Shown here in pieces: positions 1 through 10,942 of a stretch of 64,000 nt of DNA. Positions within the stretch are counted from its first letter, which is position 1; every line of letters starts with the position of its first letter. The DNA lies in assembly GCA_963723515.1 (NCBI GenBank), contig CAVRQT010000003.1:96001-160000 (forward strand), in the 5' to 3' direction. The position numbers and the translations under genes are program-made. The notes under the pieces were generated by a model, which was not told where the DNA came from, made no database searches, and saw only the letters and a program-made list of their open reading frames with translations. This DNA is from Vulcanimicrobiota bacterium. GTDB taxonomy: Bacteria; Vulcanimicrobiota; Vulcanimicrobiia; Vulcanimicrobiales; Vulcanimicrobiaceae.

Positions 1-869
1 CGCGCCGCGGTTCAGCGATCGATTTGCGAACCATTACGTCACAGGCGGCGGCGGCGCCCGATCAAATCGGTTCGGCGCAGCTGTGGTCGCTGATCACCGA
101 TATGTTGAGCGATTCAACGGCACGCGCCCATTCATTCGGTGTCGGATCGATTCTCGATCTGCCGTTTCAGACGGCGGTCAAAACGGGAACTTCTTCGGAT
201 TTTCGGGACACCTGGACCGTCGGATTTTCTTCGCGCTATACGGTCGGCGTTTGGGTGGGAAACTTCAACGGCGCGCCGATGCGCCACGTTTCGGGTGTGA
301 CCGGGGCGGCGCCGGTTTGGAATCGCATCATGCTGCATCTGCATGAAACGAGCGATCCGCCCGCACTTTCCAAGCCACTCGGCATGGTGCGCCGCCCAAT
401 TTGCGCGACGACGGGACGCCGTCCGGATATTTCTTGCCGCGCGATCGTCTCCGAGTATCTCTTCCCATCGCAACTCGCTGCATACGATCGTCCGCAAAGC
501 TCACCGCTCTCGCACGATTATGATGAGTGGTTGGCGATGCAGAAGACGCCGGCCGGCAACGCGCGCGACATTCGCATCCTTTTCCCCCACGACTCGGACA
601 TGTTTTTGCTGAACCATGCGCCCGCGAATGCTATTCGCACTGCGGCGCTGCAAGCAATTCAATTTCAGGCGCGTGCGCTGCCCCATCAATCGGTGCTCTG
701 GCGTCTCAATGGCCGTTATCTCGCAACGACCGCGTCGCCGTCGCTGATGTGGCCGTTGCGGGTCGGCAAATGGCACGTTGATATCCTGACGTCGGGACGG
801 CGCGACTCCGTTTCGTTCTCAGTCGTGCCGGGCCAGCCGCACATGCGCCGCGGCTTTTCTACGTACTAG
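1..869 (+). CDS. pbpC: Penicillin-binding protein 1C, C-terminal part (5' truncated by window edge)
   Basis: AVKTGTSSDFRDTW...VGVWVGNFNG transpeptidase motif 3 region followed by a PBP1C-type C-terminal beta domain. Confidence 0.85.
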   Translation, partial: RRGSAIDLRTITSQAAAAPDQIGSAQLWSLITDMLSDSTARAHSFGVGSILDLPFQTAVKTGTSSDFRDTWTVGFSSRYTVGVWVGNFNGAPMRHVSGVTGAAPVWNRIMLHLHETSDPPALSKPLGMVRRPICATTGRRPDISCRAIVSEYLFPSQLAAYDRPQSSPLSHDYDEWLAMQKTPAGNARDIRILFPHDSDMFLLNHAPANAIRTAALQAIQFQARALPHQSVLWRLNGRYLATTASPSLMWPLRVGKWHVDILTSGRRDSVSFSVVPGQPHMRRGFSTY

Positions 870-1125
870 AGCGCTTATCTTGACGAGTCAAATGCAGATC
901 GGAAGCGACATCCCGGTAGAGATGCCGCATCGCTTCGACGAGCAGGCCGCCAATACGAAAGACGCCGTCACCCGAAACAGAGACACCTTCCCACGGCGTG
1001 CCCTGATGCTTTTGAACTAAAAGGTACGAATCGCGATCGCGCGCATAGAGCGCGAATTCACCTGATTCGGCAAGGCAGGTTGCGCCGGCAATAGATGCCG
1101 GATCAAGGGATTTGAAAAGTTCCAT
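859..1125 (-). CDS. Hypothetical protein (88 aa)
   Basis: ATG ORF filling the gap downstream of msrB; globular composition; no recognised motif. Confidence 0.6.
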   Translation of the reverse strand: MELFKSLDPASIAGATCLAESGEFALYARDRDSYLLVQKHQGTPWEGVSVSGDGVFRIGGLLVEAMRHLYRDVASDLHLTRQDKRSST

Positions 1126-1171
1126 CGCGGCGGTCGTTCAGCGACAGAACGAAGGCGAACCTGCTTACGAA

Positions 1172-1663
1172 TTATTTCGGTGAGAAAACGAGCGCGAGGC
1201 CGTTCATACAGTAACGCAGCCCGGTCGGCTTCGGTCCATCGTTGAAGACGTGCCCTAAGTGGCCGCCGCAGCGCCTGCAATGAACCTCGGTACGCGCCTC
1301 GATGAGCGAGTAATCGGATTTGGTCCGCACCGCATTGGGCAGGGGAGCGTAGAACGACGGCCATCCCGTTCCGCTCTCAAACTTCGTTGTTGACGAGAAG
1401 AGCGCGAGTTGACAGCCGGCGCAACTGTAGGTACCGCGCCGATGCTCGTATTCGAGCGGCGAGCTCCACGCCGGTTCGGTGCCCGCGCGGCGTAAAATTT
1501 CGAAACGTGCGTCTCCGAGGCGTTTACGCCATTGTTCATCGCTGAGCGTTACTTCGAAACTTTCAGCGGCAGCGGTGGCGAACCGTGGCCTGAACGCAAT
1601 GACTCCTAGCGATGCTGCCAGGCTGCCGATCAGTTCAAGACGCCTCAAGCGTTGATGTGACAT
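1172..1663 (-). CDS. msrB: Peptide-methionine (R)-S-oxide reductase MsrB with probable Tat-like leader
   Basis: GTE, CAGC/CRRC Zn motifs, [24 protein letters not shown]-terminal RR plus hydrophobic stretch. Confidence 0.95.
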   Translation of the reverse strand: MSHQRLRRLELIGSLAASLGVIAFRPRFATAAAESFEVTLSDEQWRKRLGDARFEILRRAGTEPAWSSPLEYEHRRGTYSCAGCQLALFSSTTKFESGTGWPSFYAPLPNAVRTKSDYSLIEARTEVHCRRCGGHLGHVFNDGPKPTGLRYCMNGLALVFSPK

Positions 1664-2127
1664 GACACTCCGTGCTTTTCAAAGTACCGCTGATGGTAGT
1701 CTTCGGCGCGGAAAAACGGTTTCGCGGGCTCAATCTGTGTGATGATCGGAGCGTCGTGCGTGCCGGAACGCTCAAGCGCGGCCTTCGATGCTAAGGCTTC
1801 CTGTTGTTGCTCGGGCGAGTGGTAGAAGATCGCCGAGCGGTATTGCGTGCCGACATCCGGCCCCTGACGATTGATCGTGGTCGGGTCGTGCATCTTCCAG
1901 AAAAGGCCCAACAATTGCGAATACGAGACTTTCTGCGGATCGTATGTCACTTGCACCACCTCCGCATGCCCGGTGCGGTCGGTACAAACGTCTTCGTATG
2001 TCGGATTCTCTTTGTTGCCGCCCATGTAACCGGATACCGCGTCAATGACGCCCGGAAGCTGCCGGAACGCCGCCTCGACTCCCCAAAAACATCCCGCTCC
2101 GAATGTCGCTGTCTCCATTGTTGTCAT
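1645..2127 (-). CDS. msrA: Peptide-methionine (S)-S-oxide reductase MsrA
   Basis: [34 protein letters not shown]. Confidence 0.97.
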   Translation of the reverse strand: MTTMETATFGAGCFWGVEAAFRQLPGVIDAVSGYMGGNKENPTYEDVCTDRTGHAEVVQVTYDPQKVSYSQLLGLFWKMHDPTTINRQGPDVGTQYRSAIFYHSPEQQQEALASKAALERSGTHDAPIITQIEPAKPFFRAEDYHQRYFEKHGVSCHINA

Positions 2128-2199
2128 TCCCTTCAACGCTCCGCTGGGTGCACTTTCTAGAACCCCACCCTTCCCTTAACGGGTTGTAGCCAGTACCGG

Positions 2200-2778
2200 A
2201 TGGCTCAACAGCTTGGGTTTTTTCAGGAAAGGCAGCGGCAGATCGTTTCGACGGCCGGCGGCCGCATCGTTTACTTTGCGTCGGTCTTCACTGCGGCTGA
2301 GAGCGAGTCGCTCTTCGACGTGCTCTTGCGGACCATCCCGTGGTCGTCCGAGCGCATGTGGATGTACGAAAAACTCGTCGATGTGCCGCGGTTGGTCGCT
2401 TCCTACGACCCAGGCGCGGAACTTCCGGAGGCACTGCGTACGATCAAAGCGCGCACTGAGGAAGCGGTCGGTGAGCGCTTCAACGGTGTTTCGCTGAACT
2501 ACTATCGTGATGGCACCGATAGCGTTGCCTGGCACAGCGACCACAGCGAAGGATTGACGAAGCATCCGACCGTCGCGCTCGCAAGCTTCGGCGCAACGCG
2601 CAGCATGCTCTTCCGCGCGAAGGCGCCCCCGCGTCGCCAATTGCGCTGCGATCTTGGACCGGGCAGCGTCCTGGCAATGTACGGCGACATTCAGCAGCAT
2701 TGGGAGCACCATATTCCCAAAGTGCGAATGCCGACCGATGCGCGCATCAGCGTCGCGCTGCGTACCAAGGTCGCTTAA
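2200..2778 (+). CDS. AlkB-family 2-oxoglutarate/Fe(II) dioxygenase (ALKBH2/3-like)
   Basis: LNYYRDGTDSVAWHSD (HxD), WEHHIPK (distal His), RISVALR (RxxxxxR). Confidence 0.9.
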   Translation: MAQQLGFFQERQRQIVSTAGGRIVYFASVFTAAESESLFDVLLRTIPWSSERMWMYEKLVDVPRLVASYDPGAELPEALRTIKARTEEAVGERFNGVSLNYYRDGTDSVAWHSDHSEGLTKHPTVALASFGATRSMLFRAKAPPRRQLRCDLGPGSVLAMYGDIQQHWEHHIPKVRMPTDARISVALRTKVA

Positions 2779-2784
2779 CGCAAC

Positions 2785-4230
2785 TTAGTCAGTGATGAAA
2801 CGCGTGAAGAGATCCGCGCGCAACTTTGCAAGCGCGCCGGGGTCTTCAAGCCAGTCGTCCAGCATGAATGAAAAGGTCACGGTGCCGTGCCGCCGCGTCC
2901 GTAAGAAGCCGGAGATCGTGCGAACGTGGCTGATGCTTCCCGTCTTAGCGAAGACATTTCTTTCGGCCGGCGTCCCGGTGTAGGCGCTTTTCAGCGTGCC
3001 GCGCACACCGGATTCGGGCAGCGCATCAACGATGATATCGCGATGAGGGGATCGCCAATCGCTTTGCAGGATCGTCAGCAGATCGCGCGGGGTAATGCGA
3101 TCGTATTGCGAGAGCCCCGAGCCGTCCGCAATGGAAGCGGTTGCCGGATCGACGCCGATCGATTTCAGATACTGCTGCTCGAGCGCGACGGCGGCCGCCA
3201 TCGGGTCGTTTCCGCCTCGCGAAACGCCCAGCGCAAGGAGAAAGAGCTCGCCCATTAGATTGTCGCTCGGCTCCCAGAAATCAGCGAGCAGCTGCGGCAT
3301 CGTCGCGGAATCGTGGCCCCAAAGAACTTGTGTACCGGTCGGCTGCGCACCCGATCGCACCCCGCCGTCAACGCTGACTCCATGCGCTCGCAACGCTCGC
3401 AAGAATACATCGCCTGCGTAGGCAGCTGGATCGGGCACGGCCGGACGCACGTCGTCGGATTCCTTCGCATCGATCGGATAGGAGCCGGTGAACTTCAGCG
3501 TCGTCCAATCGGAGAAGTCGCGGCTGGTGTCCGTCGTGTCTTTTGAGCGCGGCGGGCCGGTTGTGATCTCGTTGTCGATCTTTAGCGCATCGGTTTGCGG
3601 CTCGACGCGCAGCGCCGCGGGCGTGCCCACCGCCGGGCCGGGCCGCATGTAGATGTGAAGAACATTTTCCTCGAGGGAGAGCGCGGAGACGAGCGGCGCA
3701 TAGTAATAAGGAAGGTCGTCCCAGGACCAGCCCGGCTGATACCTCTGCCCGCCGAAGTACGTCGCATCGGTAATCACGGCACCCGTGAAGTGCGTTGACG
3801 AGGTCGCGACCTTTGCCGCTGCGGCATCGAGATCGTTTGCGGTTAGATGCGCGTCGCCACCGCCTTTGAGGTAAAGATTGGCACCGTCGGTTGCAACCGT
3901 TGTCTTGAACGTGAAGCCGATTCCCAGGTCCCGAAGCGCTGCCGAACCGGCGAGCAACTTAAAGTTTGACGCCGGCATGAATTCGTCATCGGCGTTACGG
4001 GAGTAGAGAAGCTTTCCGCGCGCCGTATCGACTGCGATGAATCCGATATGCGCGCCGCGCAGTACGCGCCGGCCGAGAATGCGAGCGACGTCGCGCTGCA
4101 GCTTTTGAACGTCACGATCCGTCCAGGGCGCTCCCGCAACCGCTGGAGGGCGATCCGCCGCCGACGCGTTCGGCGAATCCAAAAACAACATTGCGAGCGC
4201 CGCGCATGTGAAGAGCAACAGTCGCTTCAT
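2785..4230 (-). CDS. dacB: D-alanyl-D-alanine carboxypeptidase/endopeptidase (PBP4, peptidase S13)
   Basis: Signal peptide; PASNFK (SxxK), SDN, DGSGLS, AKTGS motifs. Confidence 0.92.
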   Translation of the reverse strand: MKRLLLFTCAALAMLFLDSPNASAADRPPAVAGAPWTDRDVQKLQRDVARILGRRVLRGAHIGFIAVDTARGKLLYSRNADDEFMPASNFKLLAGSAALRDLGIGFTFKTTVATDGANLYLKGGGDAHLTANDLDAAAAKVATSSTHFTGAVITDATYFGGQRYQPGWSWDDLPYYYAPLVSALSLEENVLHIYMRPGPAVGTPAALRVEPQTDALKIDNEITTGPPRSKDTTDTSRDFSDWTTLKFTGSYPIDAKESDDVRPAVPDPAAYAGDVFLRALRAHGVSVDGGVRSGAQPTGTQVLWGHDSATMPQLLADFWEPSDNLMGELFLLALGVSRGGNDPMAAAVALEQQYLKSIGVDPATASIADGSGLSQYDRITPRDLLTILQSDWRSPHRDIIVDALPESGVRGTLKSAYTGTPAERNVFAKTGSISHVRTISGFLRTRRHGTVTFSFMLDDWLEDPGALAKLRADLFTRFITD

Positions 4231-4249
4231 GCTTGCTTCTTCATGGCCG

Positions 4250-5667
4250 CTACCAGGCCGGACTCCTGCGCGCAATACTCTTCGGTTTCGCCCCGATGCG
4301 CGCGTAGAGCTCGATTCCGTCGTTTGCGCGAACCAAATGATAGCGGCCCTCAGCGCTTTGCGCGCGAATGCGAGGACCGTCGCGAATCACCCAATTCGAC
4401 TGTGGATACTGCCAATCGAAGAGCGCATAATCGGGATACTGTTCGACACCGAGCGTCGCTCTTGGGAAGAAGCCCATGTGGGTGTAAGCCTCTTCTTGCG
4501 TTCCAACTTCGATCGTCCGCGGCAGCGTCGCAATAAACGCGTCAAGCTGCGCGTCGCGCGCCTGCGGCCAGCGCAGAAAATATCTCGGATGCAATGGATT
4601 CGCGATTGTGAAGATCAGCAGGCAGACGACGGCGCAGCCGATGAGGAGCCGCCGTGCCGCAAGCGGTGCCCGCGCTGATACACTCGGCAAGCGCCCAGCG
4701 TAAAGGCAACGAGCACGTAAGGAATCCACACCGCGGCATAATGTTGTCCCATCGTGTAGGTCACGGGAGCGCGCGAGAGGAGCACTTCGGCGAATGGTGC
4801 GATGGCGAGTACCAGCGCGCGCGAGAGAAACGGCAAGAAGAGCAGCGGCAAGAACGCCAATACGAGGTAGCCGGCGCGATCGGCGATGCCCTGAATCAAA
4901 GACGGCGTCTGCGGCTGCACAGGGGAGTACATGACGAGCGGATGCCAAGGTTCATGCGCTCCGGCGAGCGGCCGTACGACAAGAAAGTAACCGGCAAAGA
5001 CGATCACGGCGCAACCAAGCATCACGAGCGCAGCGCTGACGCCGCGTCGTTCGCCTCGGGCAGCAAAGTACCACAGCGCCGCAATGGCGAGCAACCCGAT
5101 GAAGACCGCCTGATCCTCTTTGATCGCCAAAGCAAGCACGGCGAAGAGGAGTGCGAGCCCAAACTTGCGTGCGTCGAGCGCGTAGAGCAACCACGTGACG
5201 GCCGGAACGACGAGACTGTTTTCATGAAAGTCGGCGAACGTGATGCCGCACAGCGGCGGATAAAGGAACGACAGCGCGGCGATTGCCAGCGCGCACCGTT
5301 CGGGAACCCGCCGCCGCGCGATCAAAAAAAGTGCCGGCGCCACGGTGGCGTTGCACGCCGCGCTGACAACGATTAACGGCAGGGCAGAATGCGTCGCCCA
5401 TACCAACGGCGAGAGCACGTACAAGATCGGCGAAAAGTGAACCGTAAAGTGGCTGGCGCTTTCGATCGTGTTCGAGAAACCGGCAAATGCACTCGCGATC
5501 GTCTGAAAGAAGATGCCGAAATCTTCGGCTGAGCGGTGAGCGACGTACCGGTCGATGCCCAGCGCGCTGAAGATCAAAAAATATCCGGCGCTTCCAAGCC
5601 AAATCCAACCGAGAGCGCTGATACGACACTTCGACAAGCTCAGTGCAGGCCACTTCGACAAGCTCAA
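4250..5667 (-). CDS. DUF2079-family polytopic membrane protein (GT-C-like), frameshifted near 4675
   Basis: DFGIFFQ, HFSPIL, DFHE, KED motifs; the C-terminus continues in ORF 4250..4948; start uncertain because it lies in a repeat. Confidence 0.75.
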
Positions 5668-5674
5668 TGCAAGC
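5627..5674 (+). repeat. Two tandem 24-bp REP-like units (CACTTCGACAAGCTCAGTGCAGGC)
   Basis: Units 5627-5650 and 5651-5674; exact reverse complement of unit 1 at 46695-46718. Confidence 0.9.
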
Positions 5675-5744
5675 CATTGCGCCGTATTCTCATCTATCTT
5701 TTAAGAAGGCGAAGCTGCCGCGACCGTATAGTACAAGGAGAAAG

Positions 5745-7151
5745 ATGAAAGGATTCATTGCAGCGATTGCACTGTGCGCCGCAGCGGCGATCGCAGTCGT
5801 CACGAGTTCGCATTTCTCGAACGCCAAACCGCAAGCCGCACTTGCGGCGGACGCCGGCATTCACAAGATCAAGCACGTGATCATCATCATGCAAGAGAAC
5901 CGCTCGTTCGATAGTTATTTCGGGACGTATCCGGGCGCGGACGGCATTCCGGCGTCGGTCTGTGTCCCGGCAACGCAGGGCGGATGCATTCGTCCGTACC
6001 ACGACGCGAACGATCGCAACGCAGGTGGTCCGCATGGGGAACGCAATGCGATCGCCGACATCGACGGCGGTCGCATGGACGGCTTCATTCTCAGCGCGCA
6101 ACGCGGTCGCCGGCGATGCCGTGGCGTGAACAATCCGAACTGCACGAACGGCGCACGTGTCGATACAGTCGGGTATCACGATCAGCGCGAGATTCCGAAT
6201 TATTGGACGTATGCGCGCAACTTCGTGCTGCAAGACCGGCTCTTTCAGCCGAACGCGTCGTGGAGTTTGCCGCAGCATCTCTTTATGGTTTCAGAGTGGT
6301 CTGCGTCTTGTTCACGGATCGGCGACCCGATGAGCTGTGTCAGCGCATTACAGAGTCCGGACTCGCCGCGCGACTTTGGCGCTCGCCGCGGTGGCGCAAT
6401 GACGCCCGGCCGGCCTGATTACGCGTGGACCGATTTAACCTATCTGCTGCATCGCGCGCATGTGCCTTGGGCTTACTACGTGATGGGCGGCTTCGAACCG
6501 GATTGCCGCGACGACGGAATGCAATGCGCACCGCGCAGCCAAGGCGTGCACACGCCCGGCATTTGGAATCCTCTGCCGTCATTTGATACCGTCAAGCAGG
6601 ATGGCCAGTTAGGCAACGTTCAGGACATCGGCAACTTTTTTCGCGCGGCGCGCAACGGCACGCTTCCTGCCGTGTCGTGGATCACCCCGGCTAACCGCTA
6701 TAGCGAACATCCGCCGGCGCTCGTTAGCGCGGGTCAAGCATATGTGACGGGCCTGATCAACGCGATCATGCGCAGCCCGGATTGGCCCGGCACGGCGATC
6801 TTTCTTTCGTGGGACGATTGGGGCGGTTTTTACGATCACGTCGTTCCGCCGCGGGTCGATCAAAACGGATACGGCCTACGCGTTCCCGGAATCGTGATCA
6901 GCCCGTATGCGCGACGCGGCTTTATCGATCATCAGACACTGAGCCACGATGCGTACGTCAAATTCATCGAAGACGATTTTCTCTTCAGCGCTCGTATCGA
7001 TCCGCGCACCGACGGCCGCCCCGATCCTCGTCCCGACGTGCGGGAGAACCAGGCAACCTTAGGCGATGTAACCCGCGATTTCGATTTTACGCAGCGGCCG
7101 CGTCCGCCGCTGATCCTGGCGGGCGGCATCGGACCGCCGTATCTGCGTTAA
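5745..7151 (+). CDS. Secreted phosphoesterase (phospholipase C / acid phosphatase family)
   Basis: AAGGAG RBS, signal peptide, [47 protein letters not shown]. Confidence 0.9.
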   Translation: MKGFIAAIALCAAAAIAVVTSSHFSNAKPQAALAADAGIHKIKHVIIIMQENRSFDSYFGTYPGADGIPASVCVPATQGGCIRPYHDANDRNAGGPHGERNAIADIDGGRMDGFILSAQRGRRRCRGVNNPNCTNGARVDTVGYHDQREIPNYWTYARNFVLQDRLFQPNASWSLPQHLFMVSEWSASCSRIGDPMSCVSALQSPDSPRDFGARRGGAMTPGRPDYAWTDLTYLLHRAHVPWAYYVMGGFEPDCRDDGMQCAPRSQGVHTPGIWNPLPSFDTVKQDGQLGNVQDIGNFFRAARNGTLPAVSWITPANRYSEHPPALVSAGQAYVTGLINAIMRSPDWPGTAIFLSWDDWGGFYDHVVPPRVDQNGYGLRVPGIVISPYARRGFIDHQTLSHDAYVKFIEDDFLFSARIDPRTDGRPDPRPDVRENQATLGDVTRDFDFTQRPRPPLILAGGIGPPYLR

Positions 7152-8225
7152 GGTTTTGCCAACGGCGCGAACTGATGTAAGAACCGCTCGATGCGCTCGG
7201 CATCGACGCCGGCCGACTGCAATCGCTCTTCCATTGCATCGGCGCGCGCCGGCGGCGTAACGAACATCATGGCGGCTCGATCGTCTGAAGCGCGCAATTC
7301 TACATGGTGCGAGCGCGCGGGAAAGACGACGGTTTGGTAGGGCGTGAGCTCTGCGCTGCCGGTTTCACATCGAACTTCGGCAGGACGATCGAGCGTCATG
7401 AAGATCAGCGGCCGCCCTTCGGTCGGCAACGTGGACCAATTCGCCGTCAAATGGAGCTTCTCGACCGTAAAGTTGTGATCGGCAACGCATGCGAGGCGAC
7501 GCATTCCGCCGAGCTCGTACTCAATCTGTGCGATCGCTCCAGCCTCGGAGCGGCGGTAATCGAGCACGTCGGCCGCTTTTTGCACGTGCAGCTCGCGCGG
7601 CTTACCCTTGTGCATCGACACGATTCCAATCGAAGATGCGATAGGTTAAGTCGCTCGCCTGTTGGGTTTCAAAGACGATGATTCCCGCGCCGATGGCATG
7701 CAACGTGCCTGCCGGTAAGTAGTACACTTCGCTGGCGCGCACCGGAACGCGCCGCAGGATTTCGCCCAGCGTTCCATCTTGGACGCGCCGCTCGTATTCT
7801 TCACGCGACGTGTCGCGATTCCAACCCAGCACGAGCTCCGCGCCCGGTTGCGCATCGATCACGTACCAGCATTCCGTTTTACCGTTCGGCTGATGCTCGA
7901 CGCGTTGGGCGTACTCGTCGTCGGGATGGACTTGCACCGAGAGCGAGTCGTGCGCGTCGATGATCTTCGTCAACACCGGAAAGGTCCGGTTCGGATCGAG
8001 ATTTCCCAAGAATGCGGAGCCGAGCCGGCTGCGAAGATCCGCGAGCGTTTGCGTTTGCAGCGTTCCGTTCAAGACCGCATTTTCGTCCCAGCACTCCCAC
8101 GATTCGCCGAGTTTTTCATTCGGGTCGCCCGCTTTGCCGAAGCGTTTGACGAGCGCATCGCCGCCCCAAATGGCGCCGACGAGCTTCGGGTCGATCAAAT
8201 ACGGGTAGAGCAGCGAATCGTCCAC
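7148..8225 (-). CDS. manA: Mannose-6-phosphate isomerase class I, frameshifted near 7610
   Basis: [54 protein letters not shown] continues in ORF 7148..7621. Confidence 0.9.
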
Positions 8226-8232
8226 GCGAGCC

Positions 8233-8239
8233 TATGATA
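8233..8239. promoter_or_regulatory. Candidate overlapping bidirectional -10 element (TATGAT on +, TATCAT on -)
   Basis: Lies in the 18-bp gap between divergent manA (GTG 8225) and folK-mptA (ATG 8244). Confidence 0.5.
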
Positions 8240-8243
8240 CCAA

Positions 8244-9735
8244 ATGGGTGCGCACCGAGCGAAAGTGGAAGGGTTTCGCGTGCACCAAGTCCACGTCGGC
8301 ATCGGCTCCAACCTCGGCGACCGCCAGAGCAACATTCTGGCCGCACTGCAGCGCCTGCGCCGAAAAGGTGAAGTTTTCGCCGTCTCTTCGTTTTACGAGA
8401 CGGCGCCGTTTGGCGGCGCCGAAGGTCCGCCGTTTCTGAACATCGCGGCGTCGCTGCGCACCGAATTAGATCGAACGGCGTTCGAGCGGTTTGCGCTGGA
8501 CGTCGAAAGCGCGGTCGGCCGCGCAAGACGCCGGCCGATGGAGGCGCGTCCGATCGATATCGACGTTCTCGTCTTCGATGACGCATACGCTCATCCGAAC
8601 CTTGCGAGCCGCAGTTACAACTTGTTCCCGCTCGCCGAGATCGCGCCGGACGTTCTGATTCCACAGCTTAACGAGCGCGCCGCGGATCTTGCCGCGTCGC
8701 TTCCGCAAAACGGCGTGCGAAGAAAATCTCGCGCGCTGGCATTCGCCGCGAATCGGCAAGAAGAAGAACCGGATGTCCGTATCTCGCTTGGCCGCGCCGG
8801 CGTTTCGAACGTGCGGCGCATCATTCACCTCAACATCGATGGGCAGCCGCAGACGTACAATGCGGAGTTTACAATGGTTGCCGCACTGCCGCCGGATAAA
8901 GCCGGCATGCACATGTCGCGCTTCGGCGAGACGCTCGAAGAAGCGACCCTCGAAGTGCTTTCGCGGCAAGATCCTAAGGCGCGCATCGAAACGCTGGTTG
9001 ACGATATTGCGCGTGAAATCATCAGCACGCATCGTGCCGTGAGTGCCGACGTGCGGCTGCGTGCAGACTTTGGGCTCGAACGTTGGACGCCGGTCAGCGG
9101 GAAAGCGCGGCGAAGAGACATACACGCTCGTCGCGATCGCGCACGCCGACGAGGAAGAAACGCGCCACGTCGTTGGAGTTGAAGCGGAAGGGATGACAGC
9201 CTGCCCTTGCGCGCAGCAGATGGTGCGCGAGCATAGCATCCGCGAGCTCGAAGAAGCCGGCTTTACGCCGGAGCAAGCCGAGCGCGCGCTGAACGCGCTG
9301 CCGGCGGCGACGCACAATCAACGCGGACGCGGCTCCGTTTTGATCGGCAACGATCCGGGTGCGCAAGCAACGATCGTCGCCTCAGATCTGATCGAGATCG
9401 TCGAGAACGCGATGTCGAGCGAAACGTACGATCTGCTCAAGCGGCCGGACGAGTTCTTCGTCGTCAACAAGGCGCATCAAAATCCGAAGTTCGTCGAAGA
9501 CGTCGTTCGAGGAATCATCGCCGGCGCGCTGGCGATGTATGCAGACTTTCCGGATTCGGCGTTTATCGCCGCGTCGCAAGTGAACTACGAATCGATTCAC
9601 AAGCATGACGTCTTTGCCGAGGCGTTTGGAACCTTCGGCGAGTTTCGCGCCGAGTTGCGATCAGGGTCCTACCTGGCGCGCAAGACCGACCTCGCCGGCT
9701 GGCTTCGGACCGTGCATAGCCCCGTTTTGCTCTGA
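8244..9735 (+). CDS. folK-mptA: Fusion of HPPK (FolK) and GTP cyclohydrolase MptA/FolE2 family, frameshifted near 9103
   Basis: GIGSNLGDR, FLNIAA, RPIDIDVL (FolK); GMHMSRF, GMTACPCAQ, ATHNQRG, LLKRPDE, NPKFVEDVVR, ESIHKHD (cyclohydrolase); start may be GTG 8280. Confidence 0.85.
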
Positions 9736-10920
9736 ACGTGCCCGTTCGGCACTAAGGCGCAGCGCGGCGATGCGCTTGCCCAGCGAAGGATGCGTTGAGA
9801 ACAGCACTTCGTACCAAGTCGGAACCTCTTCTTCCGCGAGATTCTGCTCGCGCAGCCGAGTGAATGCCGCGCAGCCGGTTTGCGGCGCACGCGTTGCAGC
9901 CACGGCAAAGCGGTCGGCAGCCCACTCGCGCGATCGCGTAAACGTGAAGAGCACCGGGCGAAGCAGCGCTGAGAAAAGCGCCATGCGCATGTAAAGACGA
10001 TAGAGAGCATCCGTGCGATCGTAACTGCGGCGTTCGGATTGCGGCATCGTGAGGTTGGCAAGTAAGAACGTTGTTCCGGCGATGACCGTGCCGAACGCGC
10101 AAAGCCGCCAACTGTCGCGCGCGACATAATGTCCGAGTTCGTGCGCGACGACGAACTCCGTCTCTTCATCGGGGAACGATTTCAGCAGCGTATCACCGAC
10201 GACGATGCGATGCGTTCGGAACAATCCGGTAACGTAAGCATTCGCCTTCTTCGTTTGCCGGCTCATGTCCATGCGTAATATTGCGGCGTCACCGACACCA
10301 AAACGCGACGCAAGACGCCGTAAGCGATTTTCAAGCGCACCGGTCAATGGTTCAAACCGATTGAAGAGCGGCGCGACATAGACCGGCACGATCAGCCCCA
10401 TCAGGACGAAAAACGGCAACAAGGCGAGCGTGGCAAAGAACGGCCATCCATTCGGTTTACGACGCAGGAGCGTCGCAAACGGGATGCTGATCAGCCCGAT
10501 TAATGCGGAGCTGATTCCGAGTCCCTTCGCGTGATCGGTCAGCCATGCGGTCACAGATTGATCGCTTAGTGCGAAGCGGCGCTCTAGCTCATAATCTTCG
10601 ATGAATGAGGCCGGCAATTCAATCAGCGTATCAATCACGAGTCCGGCAACCGCAAGAACGGCAGGGCGCAGCGTGACGGGCAACGGTGCGGTCAAACGCT
10701 GCAGCCGAGCGCCGAAGCCGCCCTCGGAGAGTGCAGCGGCAACCGCGATCGAACGCACGGTGTTCGTCAGTTCCAGGTTTCTTCGAATCCGTCCGTAGCG
10801 CGCAGCATCTTTTTCAAATTGCGGCGGCGGCCGGCGCAGCGCGCCGATCGCCTCGATCAGACGGTAGGCAGCATAGCCGGCGGTGAGGCCGGCTCCGATT
10901 CCGAACAGAAAGCGTCGCAT
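9661..10920 (-). CDS. M48-family (Ste24-like) membrane zinc metalloprotease
   Basis: ANAYVTG, VAHELGH (HExxH), EWAADRFA, STHPS; several transmembrane segments. Confidence 0.92.
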   Translation of the reverse strand: MRRFLFGIGAGLTAGYAAYRLIEAIGALRRPPPQFEKDAARYGRIRRNLELTNTVRSIAVAAALSEGGFGARLQRLTAPLPVTLRPAVLAVAGLVIDTLIELPASFIEDYELERRFALSDQSVTAWLTDHAKGLGISSALIGLISIPFATLLRRKPNGWPFFATLALLPFFVLMGLIVPVYVAPLFNRFEPLTGALENRLRRLASRFGVGDAAILRMDMSRQTKKANAYVTGLFRTHRIVVGDTLLKSFPDEETEFVVAHELGHYVARDSWRLCAFGTVIAGTTFLLANLTMPQSERRSYDRTDALYRLYMRMALFSALLRPVLFTFTRSREWAADRFAVAATRAPQTGCAAFTRLREQNLAEEEVPTWYEVLFSTHPSLGKRIAALRLSAERARSEQNGAMHGPKPAGEVGLARQVGP

Positions 10921-10942
10921 GAAGTCCTCTAATCGCTCCGAA

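Noticed and set aside
5627..5674. 24-bp repeat pair as a mini-CRISPR
   Set aside because: Units abut with no spacer and recur dispersed in both orientations, as REP-like elements do.
9099..9105. GGGAAAG slippery-like heptamer at the folK-mptA frame break
   Set aside because: Joining the frames needs a +1 shift, not the -1 such heptamers promote; an extra homopolymer base is simpler.
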